Shown here piece after piece: positions 16,277 to 18,001 of a stretch of 18,001 nucleotides of DNA (position 1 is its first letter; every line of letters begins with the position of its first letter). The DNA is taken from contig JBEKTQ010000034.1 of assembly GCA_049515895.1 (NCBI GenBank), positions 1-18,001 on the forward strand, in the 5' to 3' direction. Origin of the DNA: Candidatus Bathyarchaeia archaeon. Its GTDB lineage: Archaea > Thermoproteota > Bathyarchaeia > Bathyarchaeales > Bathycorpusculaceae. The translations under genes and the position numbers were made by a program. The notes below the pieces were generated by a model. That model was not told where the DNA came from and did no database searches. It was given only the letters and a program-made list of their open reading frames with translations.

Positions 16277-17476
16277 TTACCTGGTCATCATTCTTCTGAA
16301 TAACGGAACTGCAATTGCAATCATGATTACACCGAAAGCTATCAGGATTATCAGATCCGTAGAGATGTCGCCTATTCCTGCACCTAGCACCATAACTTTT
16401 CGCATAGCATCCGAAGCATACGTCAACGGAAGGAATTTGCTTATGTCTTGCATGTACCAAGGCATCTGCGATATCGGGAACAACACACCACTGAGGAACA
16501 TCATTGGAAACATCAACGTCATCATCATCATCTGCGCCGTCTCCTGATCCTTAGCTAAAGACGTCAAAACGATGCCTAAACCTACGAATGAGAATACACC
16601 TAGCAACAGCAAACCGACCACAAGCAGAATGCTCCCCTGGATTGCGACACCGAACAGCCCTAAAGCTAAACCCATTATTATGGCGCCCTGAAGTAAGCCA
16701 CGAGCAGTCTGACCCAAAGATTTTCCCAAGATAATGGATAACCGGTTTATTGGCGCAACCATCATGCCATCCATAGTGCCAACTTCCTTCTCCTGAGATA
16801 TCGCCACAGGCAGCCCAGTCATGACACTCATCATAACCGTCATCATCATTATTCCAGGGGCAATGAAGTTAAAGTAACTTGGGTTTCCAGGAACCACGCC
16901 TTGCGTCTGAACGTTATACGGTTTAACAAGGGCAAGAGAATTGTTTGCGGTAACTGTAGTATTCATTATCTCAACGTTATGTTGTGCCAGCAACGTACCC
17001 ATCTGGTCAAATACCGCGGACAAAGCTGCCTGCATAGTTGCGGACACGGTTGGGTTAGACTGGTCAGTAACGATAATCAGCGTTCCCTGTTGGCCACTCA
17101 GAATGCTGGCAGAGAAATTACTAGGAATGACTATGCCGCCGTCTATCTCGCCCTTTTGAACCTTATCTTTGATTTCAGCTACACTTGATAGGTTGGATAG
17201 CTTCAGCATGTGTGTCTGAGTGTCGATCTGCTGTAGGCCCATGATGAAGGTTTGGCTTGGAATTGTGATGTTGTTGAAGCCTGAATCTTGATTCACCAAA
17301 CCGACAGGCAAGTTGCTTACTGTGGTATTGCTGGAAGGATAGATAAAGCCAATCATAACCATCATGAACAACGGCATCAGGATAAGCAGGACAAGCCCCA
17401 AACGGTTCCTAAACAGCTCAGTCAGATCTTTCCAAGCGATACGCGCAGAATGCGAAAGCAGAGTTTTTGCTCCCAT
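16277..17476 (-). CDS. ABC-2 type exporter permease with extracytoplasmic domain
   Basis: WKDLTELFRN, SYFNFIAPG, EKEVGT.DGMMVAPI, PMMFLSGVLFP, PLTYASDAMR. Confidence 0.93.
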   Translation of the reverse strand: MGAKTLLSHSARIAWKDLTELFRNRLGLVLLILMPLFMMVMIGFIYPSSNTTVSNLPVGLVNQDSGFNNITIPSQTFIMGLQQIDTQTHMLKLSNLSSVAEIKDKVQKGEIDGGIVIPSNFSASILSGQQGTLIIVTDQSNPTVSATMQAALSAVFDQMGTLLAQHNVEIMNTTVTANNSLALVKPYNVQTQGVVPGNPSYFNFIAPGIMMMTVMMSVMTGLPVAISQEKEVGTMDGMMVAPINRLSIILGKSLGQTARGLLQGAIIMGLALGLFGVAIQGSILLVVGLLLLGVFSFVGLGIVLTSLAKDQETAQMMMMTLMFPMMFLSGVLFPISQMPWYMQDISKFLPLTYASDAMRKVMVLGAGIGDISTDLIILIAFGVIMIAIAVPLFRRMMTR

Positions 17477-17482
17477 GTTATC

Positions 17483-18001
17483 TCACCTTATCCTCTTTGG
17501 CGCAGCCCCGAAACGCCTATGTTGTTCCATTGGTATTTTCTGGTCTGCGGTGTCTCTTACCTGGTGACCAGTTATATGCAGGAATACATCCTCAAGCGTG
17601 GGCTGCAGGTTTTCCATTGAATTTATCTTTCCCCCCGAAGCTCTCACCGAGTCGATTACAGAGTCAAACGCTTCCTGTCCGTGGCTAATAACTCTTAAGT
17701 GCATCGAGTTTTCTTGAGTAACAGCGTCCACACATCCGCAAGCGTTGATTGCCTCAATAACTTGGGGTGAGAGATTTCCGATTTCCAGTTTCAGTATTGT
17801 TGTATCCGCTCCTGAAATCGATTTTTTCAAGTTCGTCGAAGTATCAAGAGCCACAATCTTGCCATGATCCACAATGGCGATGCGGTCACACATCAAGTCG
17901 GCATCAACCATCATGTGTGTTGTTACGATAACTGTTATGCCGTTTTCCCTGTTGAGTTTTTTGATGAATTCGCGAATCTCAACGGAAGACTGAGGGTCCA
18001 A
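17483..18001 (-). CDS. ABC exporter ATP-binding subunit, C-terminal part (truncated by window)
   Basis: DPQS...VIVTTHMM.DAD.MCDRIAIVDHG...PTLEDVFLHITG. Confidence 0.92.
   Translation of the reverse strand: MDPQSSVEIREFIKKLNRENGITVIVTTHMMVDADLMCDRIAIVDHGKIVALDTSTNLKKSISGADTTILKLEIGNLSPQVIEAINACGCVDAVTQENSMHLRVISHGQEAFDSVIDSVRASGGKINSMENLQPTLEDVFLHITGHQVRDTADQKIPMEQHRRFGAAPKRIR

Noticed and set aside
16104-17688. Short overlapping ORFs in and around the second ABC permease
   Set aside because: Shadow frames of a well-supported gene; no motifs.

Overview
This is an archaeal window; DUF5752, DUF4342, YVTN surface protein, GGAGGTGA-type RBSs and TATA-like promoters suggest Bathyarchaeia-like DNA (inference). 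From left to right it holds the 3' end of a DDE transposase, a DUF5752 gene, a HEPN-like hypothetical gene, and a 14-repeat YVTN beta-propeller surface protein. Next is a compact ~4 kb module (about 4720-8730) built on a stand-alone cas1 with no cas2, CRISPR array or PolB in the window. It has a wHTH regulator coupled to cas1, a divergent four-gene operon (Zn-ribbon, 93 aa, AEP/primase-like 163 aa, 116 aa), a PLD-fold gene, and a repeat-rich end with a palindrome. This is the best candidate for an undescribed Cas1-mobilised element. After DUF4342 and a PflX-like radical SAM gene comes a ~5.6 kb redox/efflux island (HxlR regulator, ABC-2 exporter, two Rieske ferredoxins, BCP peroxiredoxin). The island carries three copies of a 62-bp promoter element, each tied to an intact or decayed hxlR, and lies between two degenerate tRNA-3'-end-like direct repeats. 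The window ends in a second ABC-2 exporter. All family calls come from reading motifs by eye; no searches were run.
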